Of a stretch of 64,000 bases of DNA, positions 44,762-56,676 are shown one piece after another (within the stretch, counting starts at the first letter, position 1; each line of letters begins with the position of its first letter). Source of the stretch: Schizochytrium sp. TIO01. Taxonomy: Eukaryota > Protista > Bigyra: Labyrinthulomycetes. The DNA is taken from NCBI GenBank assembly GCA_004764695.1, contig SMSO01000014.1:3095648-3159647 (forward strand). Reading direction: 5' to 3'. A program made the translations under genes and the position numbers. The notes under the pieces are model-generated. The model was not told where the DNA came from and ran no database searches. It was given only the letters and a program-made list of their open reading frames with translations.

Positions 44762-47700
44762 GGTCAACTCAAAAGGGTACTAACGGAGGAAGAGGCAATG
44801 GGGACTCCTCCTCCAGACCCGCACGGGTGCCTCGAGGGCGTCGTTGACGGTGGGTCGCAAAATGATGGCGCCTTTGCGCGCCAATCAGCTTTGGAATCCG
44901 CAGCGGCCTCGAAGTCGAAGAAGAATTGACAATGCAGCAGTAATAAATTTGAAGAGAAAAAAAAAAGTGAAAAAAAAAAAATGAAATAATATACATACAT
45001 TTTAAAGTAGAATAAGTACATAGGCATTAAGTAGCCTTTCGAGTTATTACTGTTTTCTTTTCGTTCTTTTTCATGGAAAACTAAAAATAGTGTTAGTAGT
45101 ACCATAGATTTTTCGTCGTACCTACTACTTATTCAGGAAAGAGAAAGAAAAAGAGAAAAAAGTATTCCGTTGAAAAGAAAAAGCAGAAGAAAAGGTCGGT
45201 CGACTGCGAGAACTCTCGAGGGCTGTACAGGACAGAAAGTAAGGCTGGATGAGTTGCATGAGCTCTATCGGAGAGATGCTCACGAGTCAGGGATCCTGTG
45301 ATGAGCTCGAGAAGCTCACAATCCATATCTGCGCTGCTTAGTTTAGCTTTGAGGATCGAGTAAAGAATATAATCGATTGACTGACTCGCTGACTCACTAT
45401 CTCAAGAGTTATAATAGCTTATCTTTTTTGTAAGAAAAAAAAGCTTAGATATATCAAAGAAAAGGGTTCATGCAGAGCCAAAAGTAAACTTGAAAAGTGA
45501 GGGGGATTACTTTTCTATAACTCGCTCCAACACAAGCGGGGGTGGGAAACAATGCCAAAAATGAAGAAGTGATTTCCTAGGTTCTCATTCGAGGCGTAAA
45601 CAGATGGGTTCACTCACATTCTATAGACATACATGTGTATATAGCTATATATAGCTATAGTTTTAATTTATGATTTTTTATAAATTTATTATTATTATTA
45701 TTGTTATATTATTTTAATAGTGAAACAACTTGTTTACAAGTCGGGTACTTTCCAGTTGGTTTGTTTGTTTGGTCCGAAGCAAAGTTTCATTCGCGCTATT
45801 GTGCGTTATCCTTGAGATTTCGAAGTCCTACTTACGAACAACCAACGCCTTCAGGCTCCACTCCCTTCGCCAGGTTCCTCTTAAGTTGTTTCTCCAAGTT
45901 TTGCCTTGGAATTCGATCATTAGGCAGCATTAAACAAGTAACACTTTTATCACCTCCAGTACCTGAGGACAGACATCATCTTATTGCTCTTTGAGTTTTG
46001 GTGCTCTTTAAACAATGACTTGCTATTGCATCAGCCTACGTACCGTGCTATTAGCAGAGGAGTAAGCATATTTTCAATCAGAATCTGGTGATGTTTCCTC
46101 AGGTTTAAGGCTGTGGCTCTTGTCGGGAAGAGCTCGAGGAAGAGGCGGAAGGCCACCCATTTAGCTGAGTCAGCAGCAGGATTGGATGAGCTTGGGACTA
46201 ATTTCCTTAGGTGGTGGTGAATCTTGTTGGAAACTACAACGAAACTAGGTACCTACATCAAAAGCAATATGTAAGAAGATCGCCATCGCTTTTTCGAGTT
46301 CCTAGCACTCGACTAGTCCTGACTATGATTAAGACGACGTATATCTTAGTCCCTCTTTAACGGGGGCAAAACTGAGGGTCCTACTAACTCCTACCTCGTC
46401 TGATAAGCATTATCGGTACCACCTATAATTTTTTATAACTTTGAGTAATAAATAACAAACGCCTTGAAGAGGTGAAAAAGGCCACTGGAATCACTTGAGC
46501 AGTTAGTGGTGGGGTCTTCGAGTGCTGACGATCCAGCGAGAGTTTGGACAGTGGAGTAAAGATAGAAAGATTTTCACAGGTGCATATGTGGAACGCTGAT
46601 TGTGTTTGATTTTGTGTATAAACCCAACACAAGTGGCTCCAAGATTATGCTTTCCTTCCTTTTCTCCGGGACACTACTAAACGTGTTAATTTAAAAAATA
46701 TGAATGTTTTTAATGTTCTTCAAATCTATTTACTTAAATGATAAGCATAATTTGGGCTTCTTCACCATTTCGTTCCTTCTCTAGAGGCCTACGAAAAACA
46801 ACAAATTGCCCAAAGAGAGAAGTAGAACAAAACAAGCAACTCGGGCATGGTTAAACTGCACTGGCAATATTAGCGACTAAACCCAAGCGTCTTAGTTTCT
46901 GTTGTATTGCTACGATAACGGAAGATAAATGCGCTTTCCCAGCATTACTCAGTGAATTTAGCGTCGGACTGATATTTGAGACTAACCTGGATGAAGCGAA
47001 CCGTGGAGCAAACCGGAGCAATATGTGTGAGCGTCTGCAAGCTGGAGCAGTGTGGAAAGTAAACACTTCACGAAATCTTGTTTGCGCGTAGTCCTTAAAT
47101 ACTTTATCCTTCTTCGATGAATTTTGTGCCGACTTTGACGGTGACGTGTTTCAATTTGACCCTGTTACCAGCAATGCATCAAGAGGGCTTGCTGGTATTC
47201 TTGCGAATGCAAATAAATTAGGCCCTTACAGCTGTGAGTGCAAGGACAAAGCTTCAAAGCATGATTATAGCATTTGCGAGAATGTCATAAAGCTTTTCGT
47301 CAGCCTGAGCTAAACCTCTTGCAAGCTATTGGCTAGCATCTGAAGAACACTTTAGATGTATGTAGCCCCTGCATAGGGCGTTCGACAGGGCTTAAGATGG
47401 AGCAGCCGTAAAAAGGTCTCTGGTCCCTCATATTTTCCCCTTGGTATCCATGCACAAGAATGTCAACTCGAATGACATGTGCCCTATCTTTCACAACGAG
47501 AGAACTACCGTGTAATAGCAAACTTGCTTGAAGGCGTATATTTTGTGGGTCTTGAAAAAGGAGATTTCATTGGCGCTCGAATAAAGCTGGCGTCCCCGTA
47601 CAACGGGTCCCACTGCTTCCATAGCTTTGGAGGATTTGCAATGCTGATTTACGCATACGAGTCGGAGTATTCCGCATTGCTTTGTTTCATGAGCAGAACA

Positions 47701-50646
47701 TTGTTACTCACGAGTATTCGTGGTAATTCATTAGCGCCAAACATCTCGACGTCCTCCGGATAAGGAAGTCAGAACCACCGCATTCGACATCGCGCTTACT
47801 CTTGTCCTCTATGCTGTTGTTGGCTTCTGCGCACCGCTCTGCCTGAGCCTTCGTTTCTGATGTGCAGGCAAAGCATCTATCTTTCAACTCGTTTCTACGC
47901 AAGTGCAAAAGACAAAGTAAATTTGTCGATTGCGATCCTTGCCCAGCACTTCCAACGAGCACGCAACCTGCTCTCAATATTGTCCCGACAACGGCAGGAC
48001 AATTTCTCGCATTTGACGTCAAGGGAGGCCTCGTTGCGCCGTTGGCGTAGTTTGAACGGGCCCTGTTCAATTAAATGAACTGATTGTGAAGAAAAACGAG
48101 GATTGATCTCTTCAAAATGAAAATACTTTTTTAGGCGTATTCATATTTTTAATTATTTAATTTTTTATAATGATATAAGCTTGTATAGGAACATATTCAT
48201 TATACATAGCTATACATAGCTTTATTTTAAAGCCTCAACAGGAAAATTATATGATAACTTGAACTGGAAACGAAGAAGAAGAAAAAGAAAAGAAGAAGAA
48301 GAAGGGATACCTGATAGTCATTATTTAGATCATTTTAGTATCCATATCATCACTAGAAAGTTAAAAAGCAAAAAGGAAAGAGAAAAAGAGATTAGGTATT
48401 TTCTTCTGATAACCGATAAATCATTCCTGACGCTCCTCCAGTATGTCGTAGCGAAGCTCTTCACAAAACAGACAATCACGCCTATGAAAGTCCAGCGCCC
48501 CCCCCCCGTTCAGCATCGTATTTGGACCTTGCTCGCAAATCTGGATTACAGTCCTCTTTAGTGCTGCGCGGCATTGTTGATCTCCAAAGGACTAATGCAG
48601 GGCGATGTTCATATTCGTACTACTCTTACATGATTTTCACGCATAGCATTCACAGGGATACCATTTCGCGATCCGACTTAATTCTTATAGCCACATTAAA
48701 GTTGGCAAAGCCACTGGGACTTGAGCTACTACCTTCTGGTGGCGCAATTCTTTCGCAAGCTTAAGGCGAGTGAAGGCATAGGTCAATTTCGATGAATTTG
48801 TGGAGTTTTCCTGCTTTTGTTTCTGGTGGCTTGCGATTAATTCACCGACGACGCGCCACGGCAATGACTGCAGCAGTGTTGTGTATTGCTTCGACGTTTG
48901 GAGCTCTTGTGTAAGTCTGCCCATAAAACGAGCAGAAATAAGTAAGACCTTCTAGACAGTTCTACTGGAAACACGGCACAAGGCAAGTGCTGATGCGAGG
49001 TCCTGCGCGAGCGTTGACGGGTACCTGGAGACCATGTGGGGCGGGGTTTTTGCGCTTATGGCTATTGAATTCTCGGCGCTTGGGCGGAGCAAAATTGAGC
49101 AACGCTCCAGAGAGGGCGTTTTTTGCGTTGTGAAAAAATGTCCCTCCATTTTAGTTGAGGAAAGAACTTGCCAGACAGCTATTACTACCTTCTACTCCGT
49201 TACAGAGGGTGGGGCTTTCGAAAGCCTATTCTATGCTGCTCTCCACATAGACTATCATAACACTGAGTACCCAAAAAGTTAAATTGCATGTACGGAAGGG
49301 TTCGTTATGGACAAAGTGGTCGAACTGGGGACAATGTGCGTCGTTTTAACCGACACATTGTGTTATACATAGCCTTAGTTGTCTATATTATAAACAGAGA
49401 AACCCCGAGACATCGTAGTCAAGCATGGTGCAAGAGCAGTCGAAAGTGGACTTCACGCTAACTTGCAGGGCAACGGGATAACGAATAAGGTTGGGAAACA
49501 AAGAAATGAACTAATTTCTCCCTTGATAGAATTAGATTAAAGAGATTCCAGCTGTGATTCAAGTGAGACTTTGAAAAGAATAACGCTTCTCTTGATTTCT
49601 TCGTCATGATTAGTTTGAGAGATAAAAAAATAAAATAAAAAAGTTCCATAAGGTTCACCACTAGTTTCAAAGTTTATATGAATACAGAGAAATCTGCAGT
49701 ACCCTTTGCTCTTTTCTCCTAAGACGCAGATCAAGACTAAACTGTCAACGTAAACTATGGAGATATAAAAAGTTTGTTTGTGGCTTCGGCACATTGAGTA
49801 TGATGGGTTTTAAACATAAAGCTTAAGCTATTTATGATGACCAGCTGCGAGAGAGAAACGGCTGTACTATCCACCAACATCGACATATTAAACGCACTAA
49901 CACTGCGTTGTCTCTGTACAATGAGTCACTCCTGATCTTCAGAAATATGAGCAAGCGAACGGGTGTTGACATCTCCCAAGATACAATTCGAACACAGGAT
50001 TGGCGAATTTCTGGAGTTGGGCCAAATATGACAAAATTTCTTTATGACTTCTAAAACTTTGATGACTCAGTTATGCACGTATGTTATGCATGTAAACAGA
50101 AGTCGATTCAGAGCTTAGTGACATCTTTTATAAATTTTGTCGACCTAAAGTATGAAGTTTTCTTAGCATCAGCAGCAGCATAGTTTTGCGCATAGCGTCA
50201 GCTTGAGAAAAAAACAAAAAAAACTACAGTAATTTGTTGTTTGAGATATAACGAGACATCACAACTTCCTGTACTCCTATATTTATTTTTGCAGAATGTC
50301 AAATAGGCAAGTATATTAAAATCTGCTTGGCTATCCATACTTTTCGTTTCGCAAATCAGTTGCTTTTTTTTAATTAGAGCAAATGACTAGGAGGCATTAG
50401 GACCTAGCATTTGACCAACGAGCGAGCCTTGAAGGCTCTATGCAATGCTCAGCCAAAGCCACGCAATGAACCCAAGTGATGAGATGACCCAGAAATTGAA
50501 GTGTTCCATCTACAGACCGAACTGTCAGAGGACCTTTTTTGCCACCTTTAGAGCTATCGATCGTCTCTAGACCAGCAGCCCTGGTTGTAAGGGGACCTCG
50601 TGTATATTATTTCGACCAGTGTGAGCAGTCAGAATTAGCTTAGGAA

Positions 50647-51489
50647 ATGGCGAAGCGAAGGCGCAACAACAACAAGCAAGGTGGAGCTGGTGTATGTCAT
50701 CAGTGGAAGCGTGAAGGCTCGTGTAAATTTGGGGATGAATGCAAGTTCAAGCACGAGAATGTGGAGGAAGAAAATGGAGAGGCTCCCCGTGGAAACGATG
50801 CTCAAAACGAGGAAGCAGAGAATGTCCAAGATGGAGCCTGCGTTCCAGTCTATGACCCAAACGTGGATCCAAGTGCACGTGGGCCATTGAAACGTCCTCG
50901 TACTGTGGAAGAGCGTACATTCACAGAAAAGTTTGCACCTGATGGAACCACCAGAGTTCTCGAGCACCCAAATGGTCTTCTTATTGTTTTACTGGCACAG
51001 ACACATCCTGTACTGATGCAAGAGCAAGAGCCGGAGGATGATGCTGCAAAGACTAAAGAAAAATCCAATGCGGAAACACAGCCAGAACCAGTTTCTACAG
51101 ATACTAGTTATTCAGCGGAGCAAGATCAAGATAAAAAAGATATCAAGGAAGGTGCAGGTTCTTCTGCATGCAACTTATCACCAAAAATTGTTTCTTTAGA
51201 ATATGCAAAAGAATTGCGGCAGGTTGAGGTCAGCGGGAAACGCAAGCATGGCGCAGTACGCGTAGATGTCGGTACCGTCCTAGTAAGGATTACATGCAGT
51301 GATGGCACCGTACACGAAGTGGTCTCACCCGTCCGTGGAAGAGTGATGGAAACGAATTCGCAGTTAGAAGGTGACCCAGCAGGCCTTCTGCCGAACCGCG
51401 AAGGCTACCTTGCCGTGCTATACCAGACCCCGAAACAATCGGAAAAGCAAATGCTGGAGACGAATCCCCTGTCTACAAAATCTTCTTAA
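50647..51489 (+). CDS. CCCH zinc finger + Abitram/FAM206A (glycine-cleavage-H-like fold) protein
   Basis: CHQWKREGSCKFGDECKFKH (C-x8-C-x5-C-x3-H); HPNGLLIVLLAQTHP, VSGKRKHGA, SPVRGRVMETNSQL...EGYLAVL are typical of Abitram. Confidence 0.85.
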   Translation: MAKRRRNNNKQGGAGVCHQWKREGSCKFGDECKFKHENVEEENGEAPRGNDAQNEEAENVQDGACVPVYDPNVDPSARGPLKRPRTVEERTFTEKFAPDGTTRVLEHPNGLLIVLLAQTHPVLMQEQEPEDDAAKTKEKSNAETQPEPVSTDTSYSAEQDQDKKDIKEGAGSSACNLSPKIVSLEYAKELRQVEVSGKRKHGAVRVDVGTVLVRITCSDGTVHEVVSPVRGRVMETNSQLEGDPAGLLPNREGYLAVLYQTPKQSEKQMLETNPLSTKSS

Positions 51490-52561
51490 TCTGCTCGATC
51501 TGGTCCTCCGAAAGAGAATGGGGGAACTGAACTTCAAAGGTGACGCGAAGGTTTCCAAACTGACTGGGCACCTCGTGAAGCGGCATACCCTCTTCAGGGA
51601 TCACAATTGTCTCAAAAGGTTTGGTGATCATGCCCTCACGGTCGATCTCTACCTCATGGTCGTCAAGGTGCTTGAAACTTCTCACAAAGCCGGTAAGTGC
51701 CTCCTTCAAGGTAATTTTCATAGTCATGTGAAGGTCGTCACCTTCGCGCTCAAACAATCGGTGCTTTTGCTGCACTAGCAGAAAGACAACGTCGCCGGGA
51801 ATCTTCTTCGGTTGCTGTTCTGACATATATTTGAAACGAATTTCCTGACCTTCTTGCATTCCTCTCTCGATATGTGCGGTGAGCAACTTCTGCTCGTTCT
51901 TACACTTCTCCTTTGATGGGATTTCCTCCTCTTGCTGAACGAGGAAACCACCCATTTGTCTGTGCACCATGCGACGTTCATTCGGACAGCGTCCGCACTT
52001 GGCACAACGCTCTTTGGACTTGGCACTGAGGTTATCTTGAGAGCACCTTGCACAGACGACCCTTCGATTAATGCGGGTTTCCTTTTCTGCACCATTGTAC
52101 AACTCCTCCAATGTCACCTTCAAGCGCATCTGATAGTCAGGTCCACGGTTGCCACGCTGCATATTTCCAAAAAAGCCGCCGAATATTCCACCACCTTGGC
52201 CTTGGTCCTCCTCACCTTCAGCCTCCTTTACGAGGGCGAGACCACCCTGGTCGAAAAGGAGTCGCTTTTCTTCGCTAGAAAGGACCTCGTAAGCGAATGA
52301 CACTTCACGGAACTTAGTTTCTGCTTCTTCGTTGTCAGGGTTACGATCTGGGTGGTACTTGAGTGATAGTTTACGGTATGCGGATTTGATATCTTTGTCA
52401 GTGGCGTCTTCATCAAGACCGAGCACTTCGTAAAGGTCAATCTCCTCCACCTCCTGCTTGGGCGGGGCTCGCCGCCGTCCACCCCCAAAGAAGGCATTGC
52501 TTTCATGAACCAAGGAAACGAGTAGCAAAAGTGCCCAAATGCTTACAAGCTTGACGTGCAT
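51473..52561 (-). CDS. ER-luminal DnaJ co-chaperone, ERdj3/DNAJB11-like
   Basis: Signal peptide (MHVKLVSIWALLLLVSLVHESNA), J domain with HPD (KYHPDRNP), G/F linker, Cys-rich insert, DnaJ_C (VTLEELYNG; ITLKEALTGF; EGMP...GNLRVTFEVQFP). Confidence 0.93.
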   Translation of the reverse strand: MHVKLVSIWALLLLVSLVHESNAFFGGGRRRAPPKQEVEEIDLYEVLGLDEDATDKDIKSAYRKLSLKYHPDRNPDNEEAETKFREVSFAYEVLSSEEKRLLFDQGGLALVKEAEGEEDQGQGGGIFGGFFGNMQRGNRGPDYQMRLKVTLEELYNGAEKETRINRRVVCARCSQDNLSAKSKERCAKCGRCPNERRMVHRQMGGFLVQQEEEIPSKEKCKNEQKLLTAHIERGMQEGQEIRFKYMSEQQPKKIPGDVVFLLVQQKHRLFEREGDDLHMTMKITLKEALTGFVRSFKHLDDHEVEIDREGMITKPFETIVIPEEGMPLHEVPSQFGNLRVTFEVQFPHSLSEDQIEQIKKIL

Positions 52562-54207
52562 CTTGAGACACAATATTAATTCGACCAAACAAATTTATAT
52601 CTAGGCCTTCTGATTACCAAGCCAAACCTGCAGAACTGCAAGTTATTATGTGTGTGTATATGTATGTATAAACGAGTTGCTCAGCTTTTGTGAAAACTTT
52701 GCTAAGAAATGGAATAGCAACTCCGTATCAACTCGCCTTCACGTTTTGTTGGTCGCCAACGATTTACTCTGTCTGGTTAAGCGAATGTTTTCCTCTTATA
52801 TCTAAAAGGCTTGGTAGACGAGTTATCTCCGAACCTTCGTTCGACCTTGTCCGATACAATCTATGTAAGCTAGAGACAAATGAACGAGATTTTGAGGTTC
52901 CGTTGGTGAGGCCAATGTCTCGGACGCCGTTCTGGTGTCGACTCCGATGGATTCTGTCTCAGCAATCAGCAGACGGTTAACGCACGAACTCGACGAACAG
53001 CGCAGCAAGGCCTTTGCAGACCTTCCCTTGTGACAACGACCTCCTCGCACTGCGAAGGCCTCCAGTTATGGCTCTGTTGAAGCGGCTTTTAAAGCGCTTG
53101 GGCTCCAGCCAAAAACGACTGTTTGATGTTGATTGTGTTGATTTATCTCGTTTCTACTACTTCTTTTTGTTTAATTATTTCTGTCATTTCTTATATATTT
53201 TACGGTCCATCTAATAAAACTTGAACCGATGTTCAATGAAAGAAATTGAACGCAATACCAAACGATCCAACTTCGAAAGTCTGTGAAACTGGAGGCAAGG
53301 TTCCTGGAGCTCGAGGCTTTTAAACGAATGGTATGTGCACATGGAGAGGGTTTTAGTGCAAAACTCTGGAAGCTTCAGATATCTGGGACCCTTCAGAAAT
53401 GGTGAGGAGCGAAATTTGGAGGTCAAATGTGTCGGATTCCGTCCCGAATTTTGCATCTATATCACGACCCAGAGCTGCCGGAAGTAGTAAAAAAGTTATA
53501 AAGAGGATAAAACATAATACCAGCTATACGATACGCAACTTTGGTCCCTCCAGCCTTCGTATGCCCCTTCCTCTGGTCGCTTGAAGTGGCCACATTTGGC
53601 CAGCCTGCGTTAGAGTGCCAAGCTGGCAGAATCGGAGCGCTGGTGAGGGTTACTTTATAACTATTTGACCCCCTGATGCGAAACACCTCATATTAATACC
53701 AAGTCTATAACTCATAAAAATAGTCGATTCTGTATAAACTACCGTAGGTATAAAGCAAGTTATAATTAGAAATTAGTTTAACCGTGGTATAAAATATCTC
53801 CGGATATGTATATAATTATAATCATAAATCGGATAAAAGGAAAATAATATTAAAGTTAGTTTACCTGAATACCCCCCAAGTGGAAGCGGAGTATCTCGTT
53901 GAAGATCGATCGATCTGGGTTGAAAAGGTAGCAGTAGATCAGAGTCCTGCGGCGAAGCCTGCGCTGTGTGAGGCATCTCCACGCTCCAAAGTGCGGGAAA
54001 GTCGAGTAACCATACCCTTTTGCCACCCTGAAGCGACTCACTTGCCCCAATCCTTGGGCGGAGTCCCCTTTGGAACGACGTCCCCTTGGCTAAATATCCA
54101 TCCAAAAGCTCACCTCAGGATTCGCTCCTGGGAAAGAGCGGCGCGAAGACCCTCGGGCGACAGTGGCGTTGAGCAAACTTGGAGAACAGCTTGGAAAACT
54201 TTGCAAG

Positions 54208-56676
54208 ATGGCGGACCATGTGAAAGATGCGAATAACGATGAGAAGAAAAGCCAAAACGAAGTCACGAATGACGCCACAGAGCGCCAGAAAGTGCCGCCA
54301 AGACCAAACCGTTCAGCAATAGCCGAGCGATGGCTTCAGGCAGCAGCTAAGTCATCCAGCTCAAGCTCAAGCATCTCATCTGGATCTGGAGAGGTTTCTG
54401 CGAAAGATGCTGGTGAACTTCCGAGGACTGGGAGCGGATCGAGAATTGCAGAGCTCCAGCGGAAACTGTCGCAGCGTAGCAATTTGAGCACGAACTCTGG
54501 AGATCATGGAAGCACATTTAGCTCCCCCAAGGTAGGAGAACAATTTGCCAAATCTGGTGTTGTGGCGAAAGCTCGCGAAGGAATTGCCAAGCAAGTTGAA
54601 GCCGCACAACAAGCAGTACCTCCAGGAAGGTCTCTTCCACAAAGACCTTCATTGCCCGCCCGCGTAGGGAGCGTAGGAAGTAACATTTCAAGGTTGAGCG
54701 CGAACCACTCCAGAACCTCAAGTGCTAACTCGAATGATAGTGATCCGCCCCCAAGACCTGGTCGACCGAAATCTGGCCTTGACGGTGAGGAAAATAAAGC
54801 TGCTTCCTCTCCTTTGCGCAAGACTGTTTCCTCGGCTACTAGTCAAGACGAAGACGCTACTCGGGGTGACAAAGGCGATGATGCATCCCCGCACGTCGAA
54901 GAGGCTAGCATTGAGAAGAAGGTGAAGAAGAAGAAGAAGTCTATATCAGCGAGCTCGCCCCCATCCTCACCTTCATTGTCACCCTCTGCTTCTAAGATAT
55001 CCTCTCGGCGATCTAGCAAAGGCAAAATGAGTGACGAGGAGGACACTTATCAGGAAGTACCCGCCCCAGCGCCTGTGGATCCTGAAGGAAAAGGAGAAGC
55101 TAAGAGCAAGCGTAAATCGTCAAAGTCCTCGACATCATCGTCTTCTCGGCGGCGATCATCTTCGAGCAAATCAGCCAAGCACGCATCTGAAATGGAGGAT
55201 GCAGAACTCGAGGATGCTGAACTACTCGCAACTGAGCACCAAAAAAAGAAGAAGACCTCCTCTCCTTCGTCTTCATCAAAGTCGCGCAAATCCTCAATTG
55301 CAGCAGACCACGGAGAATCGCAGGACGGAGCTGCCTCGAGCTCTCCCAAGTCAACTGAATCAAAATCAATTAAAGAGAAGAAACCCAGAAAATTATCCTC
55401 TTCTAGCAGAAAGTCTCGATCAAAATCAAGGGATGCAAGCCAGAGTTCTGAGGACCTCGCTAAGGCTGGAGAAGACCTAGACGAGGTTCCGAGTAGTCCT
55501 GGAAGCGAGTGTAGTGCAGGATCTAAGCCGAGGAAATCCAAAAAAAAGAGTAGTAGTAAGAAGAGCAGTCAGCAAGCTGAGGTTATTGAGAAAGAAGATA
55601 CTGAAAAGACAATTGTTGCCAAAGACAAGAAGGCTTCTAAGGCAAACGAGGAGGCGGACACCCATAGGCGATCTAGAAAGGTGTCTACTTCATCAGGAGC
55701 CTCCGCTGTCGACAAGAAAGTGGAAGACCCTAAAGAAGACCAAGACGTTCCAGCGCCACCTCAAGTTCCGAAAAAGAGGGCCTCCTTATTGACTGCACGT
55801 CAGGGATCAAGCATTGCAGATCTGAAGTCGAAGCTTAACCTTGGCGGAATCGGCGGGGGCAAAATGCCATTTGGTTTTGGACCACCTCCTCCACGCCGTC
55901 CAGCCCAAAACGAAGACGAGCAAAATGAAAGAGAATCTGAAGTTGGAGACGTTGAAGCGGAGGAGGGCGCCACCGGCGCTCGTGCAGGTGCATCAAAGAC
56001 GAGCTCAAATAAAAGTAAAGAAAAAGAAGGATCTGGTGAGATTGAGCATTTGAGCTTGAAACGTGCAACTGTTAATGCTAGGAGGCGTCGACCAAAGAGC
56101 TTTAAAGCAGTCGCACTTGCTCAATTGGCGAGTGCTCCTGCCCCACGTGCGCATCGAAGCTTAGAGGTTGGTACTAAATCTCTTGACGACAAGGATACCC
56201 AAAGCCCTGGACATGTCTCTCCATTGTTGACATCCCGCGCAAAGCGTTCTCCTTCCATCCAGGAGCAACTTGAAGAAGAGCGTGTGAAATATGACAAGGA
56301 GAAACAAGAGGAGCACGAAAAAACCCTTGATGATGATGGAGATGAAGAGAGTGGAGAGCACCCAACACATGCTAAAAAGGGGAAAGATTCTCCAAGTGCT
56401 GGTAGGCTCTCTAAAAAGAAATCCCCACGCAACAAAGACAAGTCAAAAGAAGATGAAATGAAGTCTTCACGAAAAGCATCTAAGGATTTGAGTAGCGAAG
56501 ATGAAAGTCACGGCAAGGACGCCGCTGAAGAACAGGTTCCAACTCCACCACCTGCGCCTTCTCCGGATGCCCCCCCACCGCCAAAGGCAGGCAAGCCTGT
56601 TTCTGCTCCAACCCCTGCAGCACCTGCTGGTTCTGAGGACAGTGACTCTGAAATTGACGAGGATGACTTGATTTGA
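54208..56676 (+). CDS. Large disordered S/K/E-rich protein with a candidate capping-protein-interaction (CPI) motif; CapZIP/FAM21-like
   Basis: Long open frame from MADHVKD; IEHLSLKRATVNARRRRPKSF at 56041-56103; GSSIADLKSKLNL..MPFGFGPPPPRRP; acidic end DSDSEIDEDDLI. Function is inference. Confidence 0.75.
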   Translation: MADHVKDANNDEKKSQNEVTNDATERQKVPPRPNRSAIAERWLQAAAKSSSSSSSISSGSGEVSAKDAGELPRTGSGSRIAELQRKLSQRSNLSTNSGDHGSTFSSPKVGEQFAKSGVVAKAREGIAKQVEAAQQAVPPGRSLPQRPSLPARVGSVGSNISRLSANHSRTSSANSNDSDPPPRPGRPKSGLDGEENKAASSPLRKTVSSATSQDEDATRGDKGDDASPHVEEASIEKKVKKKKKSISASSPPSSPSLSPSASKISSRRSSKGKMSDEEDTYQEVPAPAPVDPEGKGEAKSKRKSSKSSTSSSSRRRSSSSKSAKHASEMEDAELEDAELLATEHQKKKKTSSPSSSSKSRKSSIAADHGESQDGAASSSPKSTESKSIKEKKPRKLSSSSRKSRSKSRDASQSSEDLAKAGEDLDEVPSSPGSECSAGSKPRKSKKKSSSKKSSQQAEVIEKEDTEKTIVAKDKKASKANEEADTHRRSRKVSTSSGASAVDKKVEDPKEDQDVPAPPQVPKKRASLLTARQGSSIADLKSKLNLGGIGGGKMPFGFGPPPPRRPAQNEDEQNERESEVGDVEAEEGATGARAGASKTSSNKSKEKEGSGEIEHLSLKRATVNARRRRPKSFKAVALAQLASAPAPRAHRSLEVGTKSLDDKDTQSPGHVSPLLTSRAKRSPSIQEQLEEERVKYDKEKQEEHEKTLDDDGDEESGEHPTHAKKGKDSPSAGRLSKKKSPRNKDKSKEDEMKSSRKASKDLSSEDESHGKDAAEEQVPTPPPAPSPDAPPPPKAGKPVSAPTPAAPAGSEDSDSEIDEDDLI

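Noticed and set aside
47165-47197. Hairpin TACCAGCAA-N14-TTGCTGGTA
   Set aside because: A 9-bp stem is expected by chance in 64 kb and has no supporting context.
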